The notes under the pieces: model-generated | The model's input: the letters and a program-made list of their open reading frames with translations, nothing else | The model's database searches: none | Told to the model about the DNA's origin: nothing | Source: Minisyncoccota bacterium | GTDB lineage: Bacteria > Patescibacteriota > Microgenomatia > UBA1400 > UBA12028 | Reading direction: 5' to 3' | DNA: 64,000 bases | Assembly (NCBI GenBank): GCA_003487265.1 | Contig: DNEP01000013.1 | Location: forward strand, 230,706 to 294,705 | In this document: piece by piece, positions 36,216 through 45,970 of the stretch | Layout of the letters: each line of letters starts with the position of its first letter | Position numbering within the stretch: position 1 is the first letter of the stretch | Program-made: the position numbers and the translations under genes

Positions 36216-37365
36216 TTGATTTTTTAATTTCTTCTTTGCTCACAAACAAATCCAGATATTTCTTATACCAAAATTCCCTGCCGTACTCGATATCTTTATC
36301 TCTTTGTTCAAGAATTCCCAACTCGACAAGTTTTTTAACTAATTCATTGGCCTGAGGACGTGAAAGCTCCGTCCACTCTTCAACTTTTTTAACGCTAACA
36401 ATCGGAAGCTTATAAAGGTTTTCCAAGACCGTCATACCAGTTATTGTTCTCCTGCCTAAAGATTGAATTTTTATAGTATCTGTTTGACGTAAGATGTTGA
36501 TTTTTTTCGATGCTTTAATTGCTTCTGCAGCTATGATAGCAACACCATCCAAAAAGAAGTCAAGCCAGCCAGAAACGTCAGCATTTTCCTGATGATAGGA
36601 ATTTAATGATCCATAATATGTCTTTTGATTATTCAAAAAATATTCAGATAAATAAAGTACTGGCCTCTCCAGGATTCCTAGCTTGCATAGGTAGAAAGTA
36701 GTTAAAAGCCGCCCAGTTCTACCATTACCATCTAGAAATGGATGGATTGTTTCAAATTGGGCATGAGCTAAAGCTGCCTTAATAAGTGGCGGATATTCGT
36801 CAGTAGTATGCAGAAATTTTTCAAAATCATCTAAACACCGATTCATTTCCGTATGTGTTGGTGGCACAAACTTCGCAGTATTTGGAGAACCTCCTCCAAT
36901 CCAGTTTTGCGAAATTCTAAATTCACCCGGCGTTTTGCCAGGAGCATCGATCGTGCCACCAATCAATACCTTGTGAATTTCTCGTATAAATCTAAGCGAC
37001 AGAGGTAGCGTCTCTAATCTTTTCAAACCATATTCCATTGCGTGGATATAATGAACAATCCTCTCGACATCTTGAGGAAAACGGCTTTCAATTTGTGCCT
37101 CACTTTTAATAACGTCGATAATAGTTGCTTGGGTGCCTTCAATTTCACTTGACCGAGCCGCTTCTTTGCGAATGTACATAAAAATGAAGAAGTCTAAATC
37201 AGGCAGCAGCTGGGTAATACCATCTAATTTGCCCAACATAAGGGCAGCCTTGGCATGAAGCTGTTGAGTTTTGGAACTCAAGACAATCTGTTCCTTTGGA
37301 GGGAACTTATCTGGGATAAATGCCTGGTACCCACTAGGTTGTTGGATGAGTTTACCGATTTTCAT
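36202..37365 (-). CDS. Fic-family protein (class II, with inhibitory S/TxxxEG helix; DUF4172 N-terminus; C-terminal winged helix)
   Basis: Fic motif HPFLDGNGRTGRLL, inhibitory motif SSEIEG, N-terminal YQAFIPDKFPP (DUF4172-like). 387 aa. Confidence 0.85.
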   Translation of the reverse strand: MKIGKLIQQPSGYQAFIPDKFPPKEQIVLSSKTQQLHAKAALMLGKLDGITQLLPDLDFFIFMYIRKEAARSSEIEGTQATIIDVIKSEAQIESRFPQDVERIVHYIHAMEYGLKRLETLPLSLRFIREIHKVLIGGTIDAPGKTPGEFRISQNWIGGGSPNTAKFVPPTHTEMNRCLDDFEKFLHTTDEYPPLIKAALAHAQFETIHPFLDGNGRTGRLLTTFYLCKLGILERPVLYLSEYFLNNQKTYYGSLNSYHQENADVSGWLDFFLDGVAIIAAEAIKASKKINILRQTDTIKIQSLGRRTITGMTVLENLYKLPIVSVKKVEEWTELSRPQANELVKKLVELGILEQRDKDIEYGREFWYKKYLDLFVSKEEIKKSNEPA

Positions 37366-37490
37366 ATGCCTAACATCTTTCTATTAGATGTAAGGATTAT
37401 AATAACTATTCCTTACATCTGTCAAGTGGATGTTAGGTTTGGACTTTATGTCAGTTTGTGTAATTTAGTGGTTGTTTCGGTTAGTTACTG

Positions 37491-37562
37491 CTCCCCGACG
37501 TGGATTCGAACCACGAACCATCTCGTTAACAGCGAGCCGCGCTACCGTTGCGCCATCGGGGA
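37491..37562 (-). tRNA. tRNA-Asn (anticodon GUU), 72 nt, CCA not encoded
   Basis: Hand-folded cloverleaf. Acceptor TCCCCGA/TCGGGGA, D-arm GCGC-AACGGTA-GCGC, anticodon loop CU-GUU-AA, T-arm CGTGG-TTCGAAT-CCACG. Confidence 0.8.
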
Positions 37563-37644
37563 TCGTACAAACAGTTGTTTTTACATCTCGAGATCGCATT
37601 GTCCGATCGATCAAGATGCGAATATTGTACCATGATTTTTCGGT

Positions 37645-38538
37645 TCAAAAGAGGAACAGTCCAACCTTTTCCCAGCATCCGGGATACTCGACTGTCGCCC
37701 CCCCAAACCGCAGCTTAAACTCGGTGAAACCCCGCCAGCTTTTAATCGGGAAGCGGTCGTCGAGGATTCCATCAAAATCGTAGGTTTTTCTGCCCAATTT
37801 TTTGGCATACAAAAAGCTTTTCCAGACCGTCCACGTGTGCAACCGATGTTTTCGCGACACCTCGTCGCCGAACGCGCGAAAATAATAGATCGCATCGTCC
37901 GAACTCAACAGCAATATCCCGCTGTGCATCTCTCCAGTCGCAGTATTTCGCGTGATTGCCAGATCAAGCTTGTCGCCGTATCCCCCAACAAGCGCCTGAA
38001 ACTGCTTTTGGTTAAACCACCAAAACTTTCCATCCTGAATACCTTTTGCCTCAAAAGCATCAAACTCTTTTTTACGCGCCAAAAACTCGGCACCATTGAT
38101 CATCACTGTTTCATACCCCGATCGCATTGGTTTCGACAGAATGCGCTTGGGATTTTCACGCAGATCTTCTAGGAGCGAAGATTCTGTTTGTGTGAGATCG
38201 ATGCGCAGTGTTTTTGTGCAGATGTATCCGAATTTACTTTGGCGTAATCCCAACCGCTTCACAAATTTTAGTAGCGCGTTCTTCTCTACATCCTCAGCAG
38301 GCTCAACGCAAAGATACCGTACACCCCATTTTTTCATCAACCCTCGCAATTCCTTAAGATCGGGAATTGATCGAAATCGCTGAATTTTCATCGCCGAGAA
38401 AAAATAGAAATTAAAAATATGCAAAATCGGCCGAATATACACCTGAATCACCGAACCATCTTCAACATGTACATGCTCAACTTTCCACCCCTGTAGCCGT
38501 AGGAACTGCGCGTGTTGAGGAGATTGGCGAATGTCCAT
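37645..38538 (-). CDS. FemAB-family peptidoglycan aminoacyltransferase (lipid II peptide-bridge formation)
   Basis: FemAB/GNAT-like architecture, about 300 aa (…WWFNQKQFQALVGGYGDKLDLAITRN…, C-terminal FKLRFGG). Family-level call from overall similarity. Confidence 0.7.
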   Translation of the reverse strand: MDIRQSPQHAQFLRLQGWKVEHVHVEDGSVIQVYIRPILHIFNFYFFSAMKIQRFRSIPDLKELRGLMKKWGVRYLCVEPAEDVEKNALLKFVKRLGLRQSKFGYICTKTLRIDLTQTESSLLEDLRENPKRILSKPMRSGYETVMINGAEFLARKKEFDAFEAKGIQDGKFWWFNQKQFQALVGGYGDKLDLAITRNTATGEMHSGILLLSSDDAIYYFRAFGDEVSRKHRLHTWTVWKSFLYAKKLGRKTYDFDGILDDRFPIKSWRGFTEFKLRFGGATVEYPGCWEKVGLFLF

Positions 38539-38554
38539 AGAATTCGCTTGAAAT

Positions 38555-39655
38555 TTACTCTAAATAATCCTGCAACATTTTTCGTTTGCTTGGATGTTTG
38601 AGTTTTCTTAAGGCTTTCGCTTCGATCTGGCGAATACGCTCGCGCGTCACACCAAATTTTTGCCCGACTTCTTCCAACGTCATCGGTTGCGCGTTGTTCA
38701 ATCCAAAACGCATGCGCAACACGCGCGCCTCTCGATCGGAAAGCGTTGACAAAACCTCTTCAATATTTTCTTTAAGCAGTCGTTTGCTCGTTGCATCGTA
38801 GGGAGAGGTTTGTGATTCATCGGCAATAAAATCACCAAGGTAAGAATCATCGTCGTCACCAATAGGCGTTTCTAATGATGTTGTCTTCTGGCTGATTTTT
38901 TGAATTTCGCGAACGCGATCGGGATCTACGCCTTCCAACCCCTCGGAAATTTCCTCGGCGGTGGGTTCACGACCCAGTTCTTGCATCAGTTTTCGAGAAA
39001 CGCGCATCAACTTATTAATCGTTTCAACCATGTGAACGGGAATACGAATCGTACGTGCTTGATCGGCGATCGCACGGGTAATAGCTTGTCGGATCCACCA
39101 TGTTGCGTAGGTTGAGAACTTGAACCCTTTTGTCCAGTCATATTTTTCGACAGCGCGGATCAATCCTTTATTTCCCTCTTGAATCAAATCCAAAAAAGTC
39201 ATTCCGCGACCAATGTATTTTTTCGCAATCGAAACCACCAAACGCAGGTTTGCAGAAACCAACAGGTCTTTTGCATTTTGATCACCTTGTTCGGTGCGTT
39301 GTGCCAAATCAATTTCCTGCTCTCGGTTTAAAAGGGGAATACGACCAATTTCCTTGAGGTACATGCGAACGGGGTCCGAAACGGAGTGATCGTCTAATGT
39401 TGTTAAAAGTTCAAGCTCTTTCTCAAGTTCCGAAGAAACGCTCACATCGTTACGATACTGTTCCTCCTCGATTGTCTCAAAAACATCAATTCCTTCTGAA
39501 AAGAGAATGTCGTACAGATAGTCGAGCTCTTCGAGGTGTTCTTCGGGCAACACGAAAAAGGCCAAGATCGCCTCTTGCGTAAGGTAGCCTTGCGCTCGAG
39601 CCTTCTTGAGCAATTCATCGAGTTTTTTTTGTTGAGAAGCAGTTAGTTTAACCAT
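38555..39655 (-). CDS. rpoD: RNA polymerase sigma factor RpoD (sigma-70)
   Basis: Regions 1.2 to 4 are present ([74 protein letters not shown]). Downstream of dnaG. Confidence 0.95.
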   Translation of the reverse strand: MVKLTASQQKKLDELLKKARAQGYLTQEAILAFFVLPEEHLEELDYLYDILFSEGIDVFETIEEEQYRNDVSVSSELEKELELLTTLDDHSVSDPVRMYLKEIGRIPLLNREQEIDLAQRTEQGDQNAKDLLVSANLRLVVSIAKKYIGRGMTFLDLIQEGNKGLIRAVEKYDWTKGFKFSTYATWWIRQAITRAIADQARTIRIPVHMVETINKLMRVSRKLMQELGREPTAEEISEGLEGVDPDRVREIQKISQKTTSLETPIGDDDDSYLGDFIADESQTSPYDATSKRLLKENIEEVLSTLSDREARVLRMRFGLNNAQPMTLEEVGQKFGVTRERIRQIEAKALRKLKHPSKRKMLQDYLE

Positions 39656-39751
39656 AAGAAGTCTGCAAGTGTACCAGAGAAGGCTATTGGAAGCAATCTC
39701 GAGTATCTTTCCGCTTTCTTTTATGCGAATGTGATCTGCGTATTATGCTCC

Positions 39752-41515
39752 TCAATTGCTCACAAGTCGAGTACTTATTTCTGACATCTCGTTTTGAAGC
39801 GTTTCAATCACCTTTTGTTGTTCAACCGACTGATTGGGAGAATTCTCAAGTTTCTTGAGTTGCTGTCCAAGTGCGGTGAGGCGGTCAGACGCGATCATGT
39901 GGCGCAGTCTTGTCCTTGCATCCACAAACGTCTTTTTATCATTCCCAACTTGTTCCGATTCTAAATACAAATCAGAAAATGCGGGCTTAAGTTCATCATT
40001 CAACGCTTCTGATACTGTTTTTGGATCGGTCGAGTTCGTTTTCTGCATAAAAGTAAATATTTCTTTACATACTCCATTCGAAAAGTCTTCTGAGGAAATA
40101 TCGCTATCTTCAATAGTAGTAGAACCATTCAATAACGACAAAATCATAAATCGTTCAAGTCTCTCGCGTGGCGAGTTCGTTTCCACAACAACCGATGGTG
40201 TTTTTTGTTTTGATAAAGATCCACCCATCTCATTTTTCTTTTTTTGTTTTTCGAGTTCTTGAAAAACAACGTCGGGCTTCACTTCAAAACGATCTGCGAT
40301 CATCGAAACATAATGCGATTGCTCGATTGCGTTTGCAATCTGTGAAAGAATGGGCATTATTTCTTTTGAGGCCAAGCGCTTTCCTTCACCAGATTGTAAA
40401 TCATATTTTTTTAATGCAGACTCAACCAAAAATTCAAACGCGCTCACGGTGTGTTTTACCATTTCCCGCCACTCAGCTGGATTTTCTCGTGCGATTTCAT
40501 CGGGATCTTTTCCCCCAACAATCGGCAATACGCGCAAAGAAAGATCAAACTGTTTTGAAGTCTCGATTGCTCGCTTTGTGGCCTCAACTCCCGCCGAATC
40601 CGCGTCCAACGAAAGAACGACACGCTTCACCGTTCGAGAGAGTAATCGAAATTGCTGTTCGGTAAACGCTGATCCTTTAATCGCAACTACATTCTTCACA
40701 CCTGCTTGATATGAGGAAATCGCATCGAGCTCACCTTCCACAACCACAACCTCTTCCTCTTTTCGCATGAATTGCTTGAGCACAGAGTATCCAAACAACA
40801 ACTCGCTTTTGTGGTACAGCGCCGTTTCGGGTGAATTGATATATTTCGCTTCTTTTTCATTTGGATTCAGCACGCGACCAGAAAAACCAACGGTTGCTCC
40901 AGTGGCGTGCGTTAATGGAAACATCACGCGATCTCGAAACCGATCGTAATATCTGCCCCCCGAAGAATGAATAATCAGCCCTGCATCCTCAAGTTCAAGT
41001 TGCGAAAACTTCTTTTTTCCGATCAAAAACTTCTGCACCGCATCCCAACTGTTTAATGCATAGCCTAACTTAAATGTTGTGATCGAATCAGAAAAAACAC
41101 CTCGATTTTTTAAGTATTCGCGCGCAGGAGCGCCCGATTCATGTGAAGTTAAAAGGTAGTGATAATACTCTGATGCAAGATCCAAAACCTCAAATAATGT
41201 TTTTCTGTGTTGATCTTCTTTTGAAAATGTTTTCTTTTCAAGTCTAATCCCCGCACGATCCGCAAGCAATTGAAGCGCGTCTGGAAATGGCAGCGATTCG
41301 TATTCTTGAATAAAATTTAAAACATCTCCAGATTTTCCACACCCAAAACACTTATATCGTTGCATATCTGGGGTAACAAAAAATGAAGGAGATTTTTCTG
41401 AATGAAATGGACAAAGACCGCGTAAGTTTTTTCCCGAACGCGTTAACTTGACACGCTCGCCAATAATTGTGGCGATATCCACGGCGTTTTTGATTTCTTG
41501 TACTTGAGAAGACAT
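39752..41515 (-). CDS. dnaG: DNA primase DnaG
   Basis: CHC2 zinc finger (CPFHSEKSPSFFV...KCFGCGKSGD) and a Toprim domain (EGELD..S). Start set at the ATG at 41515 (MSSQVQEIK). Confidence 0.92.
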   Translation of the reverse strand: MSSQVQEIKNAVDIATIIGERVKLTRSGKNLRGLCPFHSEKSPSFFVTPDMQRYKCFGCGKSGDVLNFIQEYESLPFPDALQLLADRAGIRLEKKTFSKEDQHRKTLFEVLDLASEYYHYLLTSHESGAPAREYLKNRGVFSDSITTFKLGYALNSWDAVQKFLIGKKKFSQLELEDAGLIIHSSGGRYYDRFRDRVMFPLTHATGATVGFSGRVLNPNEKEAKYINSPETALYHKSELLFGYSVLKQFMRKEEEVVVVEGELDAISSYQAGVKNVVAIKGSAFTEQQFRLLSRTVKRVVLSLDADSAGVEATKRAIETSKQFDLSLRVLPIVGGKDPDEIARENPAEWREMVKHTVSAFEFLVESALKKYDLQSGEGKRLASKEIMPILSQIANAIEQSHYVSMIADRFEVKPDVVFQELEKQKKKNEMGGSLSKQKTPSVVVETNSPRERLERFMILSLLNGSTTIEDSDISSEDFSNGVCKEIFTFMQKTNSTDPKTVSEALNDELKPAFSDLYLESEQVGNDKKTFVDARTRLRHMIASDRLTALGQQLKKLENSPNQSVEQQKVIETLQNEMSEISTRLVSN

Positions 41516-41561
41516 CGATGAGTGGAGTATATCACGACTCAACGCGTATAATACGCAAGAT

Positions 41562-42248
41562 ATGACTGATTCTTTTATTCTTCCAATCAACAAACCGCCA
41601 GCGATGTCTTCGTATGATGTTATTCGACGCGCAAAACGACACGTACTTCCATCCCTTTCTCCAAAAACAAAGATCGGTCACGCGGGAACGCTCGATGTTT
41701 TTGCTGATGGTTTACTCTTGTTATTATTTGGATCCGCCACAAAAAAATTCGATCAATTCCAAACTTCTGCGAAAACGTATCGCGCGGTCGCGCGATTGGG
41801 CGCGTCGACACCAACGCTAGACACCGAAGGAGTAGTGAGTATGCAACAAAATACTCCTCGAATTTCGCGAGAACAAATGTTAGAAATGATACCAACATTT
41901 CTTGGTTCATTTGATCAGAAAATCCCCGCGTTTTCCGCAACAAAAAGTGACGGGAAAACAATGTATGAACTCGCGCGAAAAGGAGTCGAACTCAACAAAA
42001 CAAAGGCCGTCACCGTTCATTCAATTCAACTCGTTTCGTATATGAGCACTCTCGCGTGTCTTGAGGTAACGGTGTCGTCGGGAACATATATTCGACAGTT
42101 AAGCTATGATCTTTTTCGCACACTGGGTGTTGAAAGTTTTCTCACCTCACTCACACGAACGCAAATCGGAGAGGTCACCCTTCGGCAGAGTTGCGAACTG
42201 CGCGAATTAGAATCCAATGGATGGGAAAAATACGCAATCGTGGTTTAG
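41562..42248 (+). CDS. truB: tRNA pseudouridine(55) synthase TruB
   Basis: Motif LPINKPPAMSSYDV...IGHAGTLD (catalytic Asp). A TATAAT box at 41547-41552 lies 9 nt before the ATG. Confidence 0.9.
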   Translation: MTDSFILPINKPPAMSSYDVIRRAKRHVLPSLSPKTKIGHAGTLDVFADGLLLLLFGSATKKFDQFQTSAKTYRAVARLGASTPTLDTEGVVSMQQNTPRISREQMLEMIPTFLGSFDQKIPAFSATKSDGKTMYELARKGVELNKTKAVTVHSIQLVSYMSTLACLEVTVSSGTYIRQLSYDLFRTLGVESFLTSLTRTQIGEVTLRQSCELRELESNGWEKYAIVV

Positions 42249-42580
42249 TTTTTTTTCTTATCTAATGCGTCAATCTTGAGAATACGGATAACGAGATACA
42301 CCACGCACGCAATCACAATAAAATCCACAATCGCGGCCAAGAAACTCCCCCAAAGAATTGACACATTTCCCACATTCAACTTCATTTCTTTTAAATTTTC
42401 TGTTGAGCCAAGCAAAATACTCAAAATGGGATTCACAATGTCGCTTACAAGCGACGCAACAACTTTTGTTACCGCAGTTCCGAGGACAAATCCAATAGAA
42501 AGACCAATAACCCCCTGTTCACGAATGAAATCGAGAAAACCATGAACATGTGTTGTTCCCACGGTGAAAATTTTTTTCAT
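42245..42580 (-). CDS. mscL: Large-conductance mechanosensitive channel MscL
   Basis: Motif FREFL-like N-terminus, GVIGLSIGFVLGTAVTKVVASLVSDIVNPIL. 112 aa from the ATG at 42580, AGGT RBS. Confidence 0.85.
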   Translation of the reverse strand: MKKIFTVGTTHVHGFLDFIREQGVIGLSIGFVLGTAVTKVVASLVSDIVNPILSILLGSTENLKEMKLNVGNVSILWGSFLAAIVDFIVIACVVYLVIRILKIDALDKKKN

Positions 42581-42725
42581 ATATTTACCTTTATGAACAT
42601 AATGATAATGCATTTTCTGAAAAGAACAAACTGACACAAATCTAAGGGAAACTGTAATATTTGTACTCGTCCAAGATATTTTCCAATAACTTCCAATAAC
42701 TTCCAATCGGAGCTATGATAACGAA

Positions 42726-43706
42726 ATGCAGTATAGATGGACAATATCACAAGAATCTAACAATCAGCTTACAGAAATAGATATGCAAAAACGCATGTTT
42801 GACGTTCTTCCTCCGCTTAATAAATCAACACAACACTTTGTTCATGAATCAACAATGAAAAGTTCGCTGTACTCGGCAAAAATCGAAGGGAATCCGCTTA
42901 CTGAAACACAATTCTCTCAAAATGAAGGTCAAGGACAGCACTTGCTGGAAGTCCAAAATCTAACACAGGCGTATGATCAAATCTCAAAAATGGAAAATAC
43001 GATCACGTTCTCACAAATCAAAAAACTGCATGCGATTGTGATGAACGCCCTATCCTCTTCTACAGGACAGTTTCGAAAAGAAATGGTTGCCGTGTACAAC
43101 AAGGCAGGAATCGTGGAATACCTTGCACCCCCTTGGCAAGAAATTGAGACGCGGATAACTCAACTTCTTGCTCAAATAGGTGACAGCTCCATTCATCCGA
43201 TCGTCGCTTCAGCAGTGTTGCATTTTGGTTTTGAAAAAATTCACCCCTTTATGGATGGAAATGGACGTGTTGGCAGACTACTCGCTTCAGCTTTTCTTAA
43301 TAAATCTGGATATGGATTCCGTGGAACATTGTCAATTGAAGAGCAACTCCATGAGCAAAAAAGTGAATATTATGACGCGCTTTCTTTTTCTGATGCGAAT
43401 GCAACTGAGTTTGTAACATTCTGGATTCGCGCAGTGCGAGACCGCGCTCTTCATGTATTTGAACAATACACTCAACTCAAATCACTACCAGAAAGAAAAG
43501 AGGATTCGCTCCTTCCTCGTCGAAGAGAGATTCTGTTGATCATTCGAGATCATAAACAAGTAACTTTTGATTTTCTGCATCGGCGATTTCTTCGCATTCC
43601 CTCAAGTACGCTTCATTTTGATCTCGAGCAACTTCAAAACGAGGGGTTTGTGACAAAAGTCGGTCAAACTCGAGGAGCGTTTTATATTGAAAGCCAAAAA
43701 ACGTAA
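42726..43706 (+). CDS. Fic-family protein (class II, second copy)
   Basis: Fic motif HPFMDGNGRVGRLL, inhibitory motif SAKIEGN, C-terminal wHTH-like region. Confidence 0.85.
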   Translation: MQYRWTISQESNNQLTEIDMQKRMFDVLPPLNKSTQHFVHESTMKSSLYSAKIEGNPLTETQFSQNEGQGQHLLEVQNLTQAYDQISKMENTITFSQIKKLHAIVMNALSSSTGQFRKEMVAVYNKAGIVEYLAPPWQEIETRITQLLAQIGDSSIHPIVASAVLHFGFEKIHPFMDGNGRVGRLLASAFLNKSGYGFRGTLSIEEQLHEQKSEYYDALSFSDANATEFVTFWIRAVRDRALHVFEQYTQLKSLPERKEDSLLPRRREILLIIRDHKQVTFDFLHRRFLRIPSSTLHFDLEQLQNEGFVTKVGQTRGAFYIESQKT

Positions 43707-43772
43707 CTCGTGCGATGCAAAATGTAATTTTTTTCTCCTTTTGTGCGTATTACACGTAGAAAGGAGCAAACA

Positions 43773-44147
43773 ATGACTATCTCAAAATCAGTGATTGCTT
43801 TGTCTGTAGCGAGTGTTGTACTCGGTGGCTTTTTCCTCGCGAAGCCCGTTTCCGCAAAGTGGGGTGATCCCGCGGTTCGTGGAGCGAACTACTCCGAGGA
43901 GCGCCATACCGCAATGCAAGCCGCGTTCGACGGAAAAAATTATGACGCATGGGTCAAACTTATGGAAGATCGCCCAATTGTGAATTCAGTCACACGCGAA
44001 AACTTCGCAAAGTTTGTCGAAGCGCACGCACTAGCCGTTGATCAAAAGATCGATCAAGCAAATGCGATCCGTGCAGAAATAGGACTTCCTCCCATTGGCC
44101 AACGCCTTGGAACAGGTAATGGCATGCGAAGAGGAATGGGAAGATAA
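43773..44147 (+). CDS. Hypothetical secreted/membrane-anchored protein
   Basis: Strong AAAGGAG RBS and an N-terminal signal peptide (MTISKSVIALSVASVVLGGFFLAKPVSA). Located immediately upstream of the ECF sigma factor. Confidence 0.5.
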   Translation: MTISKSVIALSVASVVLGGFFLAKPVSAKWGDPAVRGANYSEERHTAMQAAFDGKNYDAWVKLMEDRPIVNSVTRENFAKFVEAHALAVDQKIDQANAIRAEIGLPPIGQRLGTGNGMRRGMGR

Positions 44148-44155
44148 TACAGCCT

Positions 44156-44725
44156 GTGAAAGCAGCATGTACTACATATAGCGATCAGGAGCTTGTGAAA
44201 ACTGTCTGTGATGGGAATCTTGAGGCATATGCGCAGATTGTCCGCAGATATGAATCCAAGCTCCTTCGCTATGCCAACTCGATTGTAAAAAATCCCGAAG
44301 ATGCGCAGGATTGCGTTCAAGAATCGTTTATTTCTGCATATAAAAATCTTCGCAGTTTTGATCTCGCAAAACCTTTTTCGAGTTGGATCTATCGCATTGT
44401 GCATAATCAGGCAATTTCAAAATGGAGAAAGAAAAAAGAAGTTTCCATGGAAATACTAGGCGACACCATTGAGTCGACAGAAAATCTGGAAGAATCGTTT
44501 GAACAAAAAACAACGATCAAACAAGTACGCGACTGCATTCAGCATCTTCCGGTCGTATATGCAGAAGTCGTGTATTTACACAATATTGAAGGATATTCGT
44601 ATGAAGAAGTTTCGGCAATTGTTCAAAAACCAAAAGGAACGGTATCGGTATTGATCATGCGGGCAAAAAAAATGCTTCGCGTGTTGTGTGAAAAGGAGAA
44701 ACATGAGCCCAACAGTAAAAGATGA
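44156..44725 (+). CDS. ECF-type RNA polymerase sigma factor (sigma-70 family, regions 2 and 4)
   Basis: Region 2 (YAQIVRRYESKLLRYANSIV...DAQDCVQESFISAYKNL) and region 4 (EGYSYEEVSAIVQKPKGTVSVLIMRAKKML). Apparent GTG start. Confidence 0.8.
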   Translation: MKAACTTYSDQELVKTVCDGNLEAYAQIVRRYESKLLRYANSIVKNPEDAQDCVQESFISAYKNLRSFDLAKPFSSWIYRIVHNQAISKWRKKKEVSMEILGDTIESTENLEESFEQKTTIKQVRDCIQHLPVVYAEVVYLHNIEGYSYEEVSAIVQKPKGTVSVLIMRAKKMLRVLCEKEKHEPNSKR

Positions 44726-45203
44726 GCCTCGTTCAATTGAGTCTGAGGTTATGCGCGTAATTCGATCGCAACACATTACCATGCGTCCACGTGCGTATTT
44801 TGTGTTGATCAGCGTATTCGCGATTCTTGGATTTGTTGGAACGTTTGTTTTTGCAACGTTCATGACATCTCTACTCATTTTTTCACTTCGTCAGCATGGG
44901 CCAATGGGTGAGATCCGTTTTGAATATCTTCTCTCACAATTCCCATGGTGGACAATGATTATGGGAGGCGTTGGGGGAGTGGGAACGCTGTTTTTCTGGA
45001 AACGATTTTCGTTTTCGTATCGATACCCCACAAGTTGGATCGTGGCGATATTTCTTGTCGCTGTTATGATTTCTGGATTAATTCTTGATCGTATCGGATT
45101 AAGCGCGAGATTTTCAGAGAGTCCTGTGGGAAGAAGGTTCTTTCGTCAAGAACTGTTGCGAAAGTCGCAAAGCCCCAGGCCGTTTAGGGAGAGAAGGTTT
45201 TAA
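44703..45203 (+). CDS. Putative membrane anti-sigma factor
   Basis: AAGGAG RBS and a start overlapping the sigma-factor 3' end. Short cytoplasmic N-terminus followed by TM helices. Called from its position in the sigma/anti-sigma arrangement. Confidence 0.45.
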   Translation: MSPTVKDEPRSIESEVMRVIRSQHITMRPRAYFVLISVFAILGFVGTFVFATFMTSLLIFSLRQHGPMGEIRFEYLLSQFPWWTMIMGGVGGVGTLFFWKRFSFSYRYPTSWIVAIFLVAVMISGLILDRIGLSARFSESPVGRRFFRQELLRKSQSPRPFRERRF

Positions 45204-45228
45204 GCGAATATATGTTGCTGTCTTTTTG

Positions 45229-45299
45229 CTGCGGGACAGGGACTCGAACCCCAATTCTCGCGTCCAGAGCGCGATGTCCTACCCTTAGACGATCCCGCA
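45229..45299 (-). tRNA. tRNA-Gln (anticodon CUG), 71 nt
   Basis: Hand-folded. Acceptor TGCGGGA/TCCCGCA, D-arm GTCT-AAGGGTA-GGAC, anticodon stem TCGCG/CGCGA with loop CU-CUG-GA, T-loop TTCGAGT. The T-stem has two G-U pairs. Confidence 0.7.
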
Positions 45300-45398
45300 A
45301 ACTTCTCTGTAGGAGAAGCCTTATTGTACCCCAGCAGAGGTGAATTGTCATCGATCTTGAGGTACACAACTGCCTCAAGCATTATGGTAAAATACCCT

Positions 45399-45950
45399 AT
45401 GGACACCATTTCTTTCCATAAACTCTCATGGCAGGACGTTGAACGCGATTGCATCGGATTGGCCCGAACGATCCCTCCGGATTCTATCGACACGATCGTC
45501 GCGATCTCGCGCGGAGGACTCGTGTTCGCGCGGATTCTCTCTGATTTGCTCAACAAACCGATTTCCCATATCACAATTACCAGTTATGATGATCTTCAAA
45601 AAACAAAAGTGCCATTTATTGACGAAACCCCCTCAAAAATGTTTCGCGGGGAATCAATTCTTATTGTTGATGAAATCTGCGATACGGGGAAAACGTTTGA
45701 ACGCGCAAAGTCATATTTTGAAAACTTCCCACTTCGAAAAATTTTTACTGCAACACCGTACCTCAAACCGCACGCCACCTTTGTACCAGACTTTTGGGTG
45801 AAAAAAGTTGAAGGTTGGATTGTATTTCCATATGAACTGCGGGAAACAGCCGAGGCAATTCAGAAAATGACAGGGGATCGGGAAAAAACAGTGGAACGAT
45901 TAACAGCGATTGGATTCGAGGAGTGGGAAACGGAAGCGGTGGTGAAGTAG
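45399..45950 (+). CDS. Phosphoribosyltransferase (purine PRT-like)
   Basis: PRPP-binding motif ILIVDEICDTGKT. Start set at the ATG at 45399 after the tRNA gene. Confidence 0.75.
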   Translation: MDTISFHKLSWQDVERDCIGLARTIPPDSIDTIVAISRGGLVFARILSDLLNKPISHITITSYDDLQKTKVPFIDETPSKMFRGESILIVDEICDTGKTFERAKSYFENFPLRKIFTATPYLKPHATFVPDFWVKKVEGWIVFPYELRETAEAIQKMTGDREKTVERLTAIGFEEWETEAVVK

Positions 45951-45970
45951 TGAGTCAAAACAGAAATATA

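Noticed and set aside
32500-37600. Calling the 32.6-37.6 kb accessory stretch a defined genomic island or mobile element
   Set aside because: No integrase, recombinase or transposase genes, and no flanking direct repeat of the tRNA-Asn 3' end could be identified by eye. Reported as a hypothesis in the findings rather than as a mobile_element feature.
42661-42693. Short tandem repeat ttccaataac x2.7 upstream of mscL
   Set aside because: Only about 2.7 copies of a 10-mer. Too short to be CRISPR, and probably an incidental slippage repeat. No other arrayed repeats were seen in the window.
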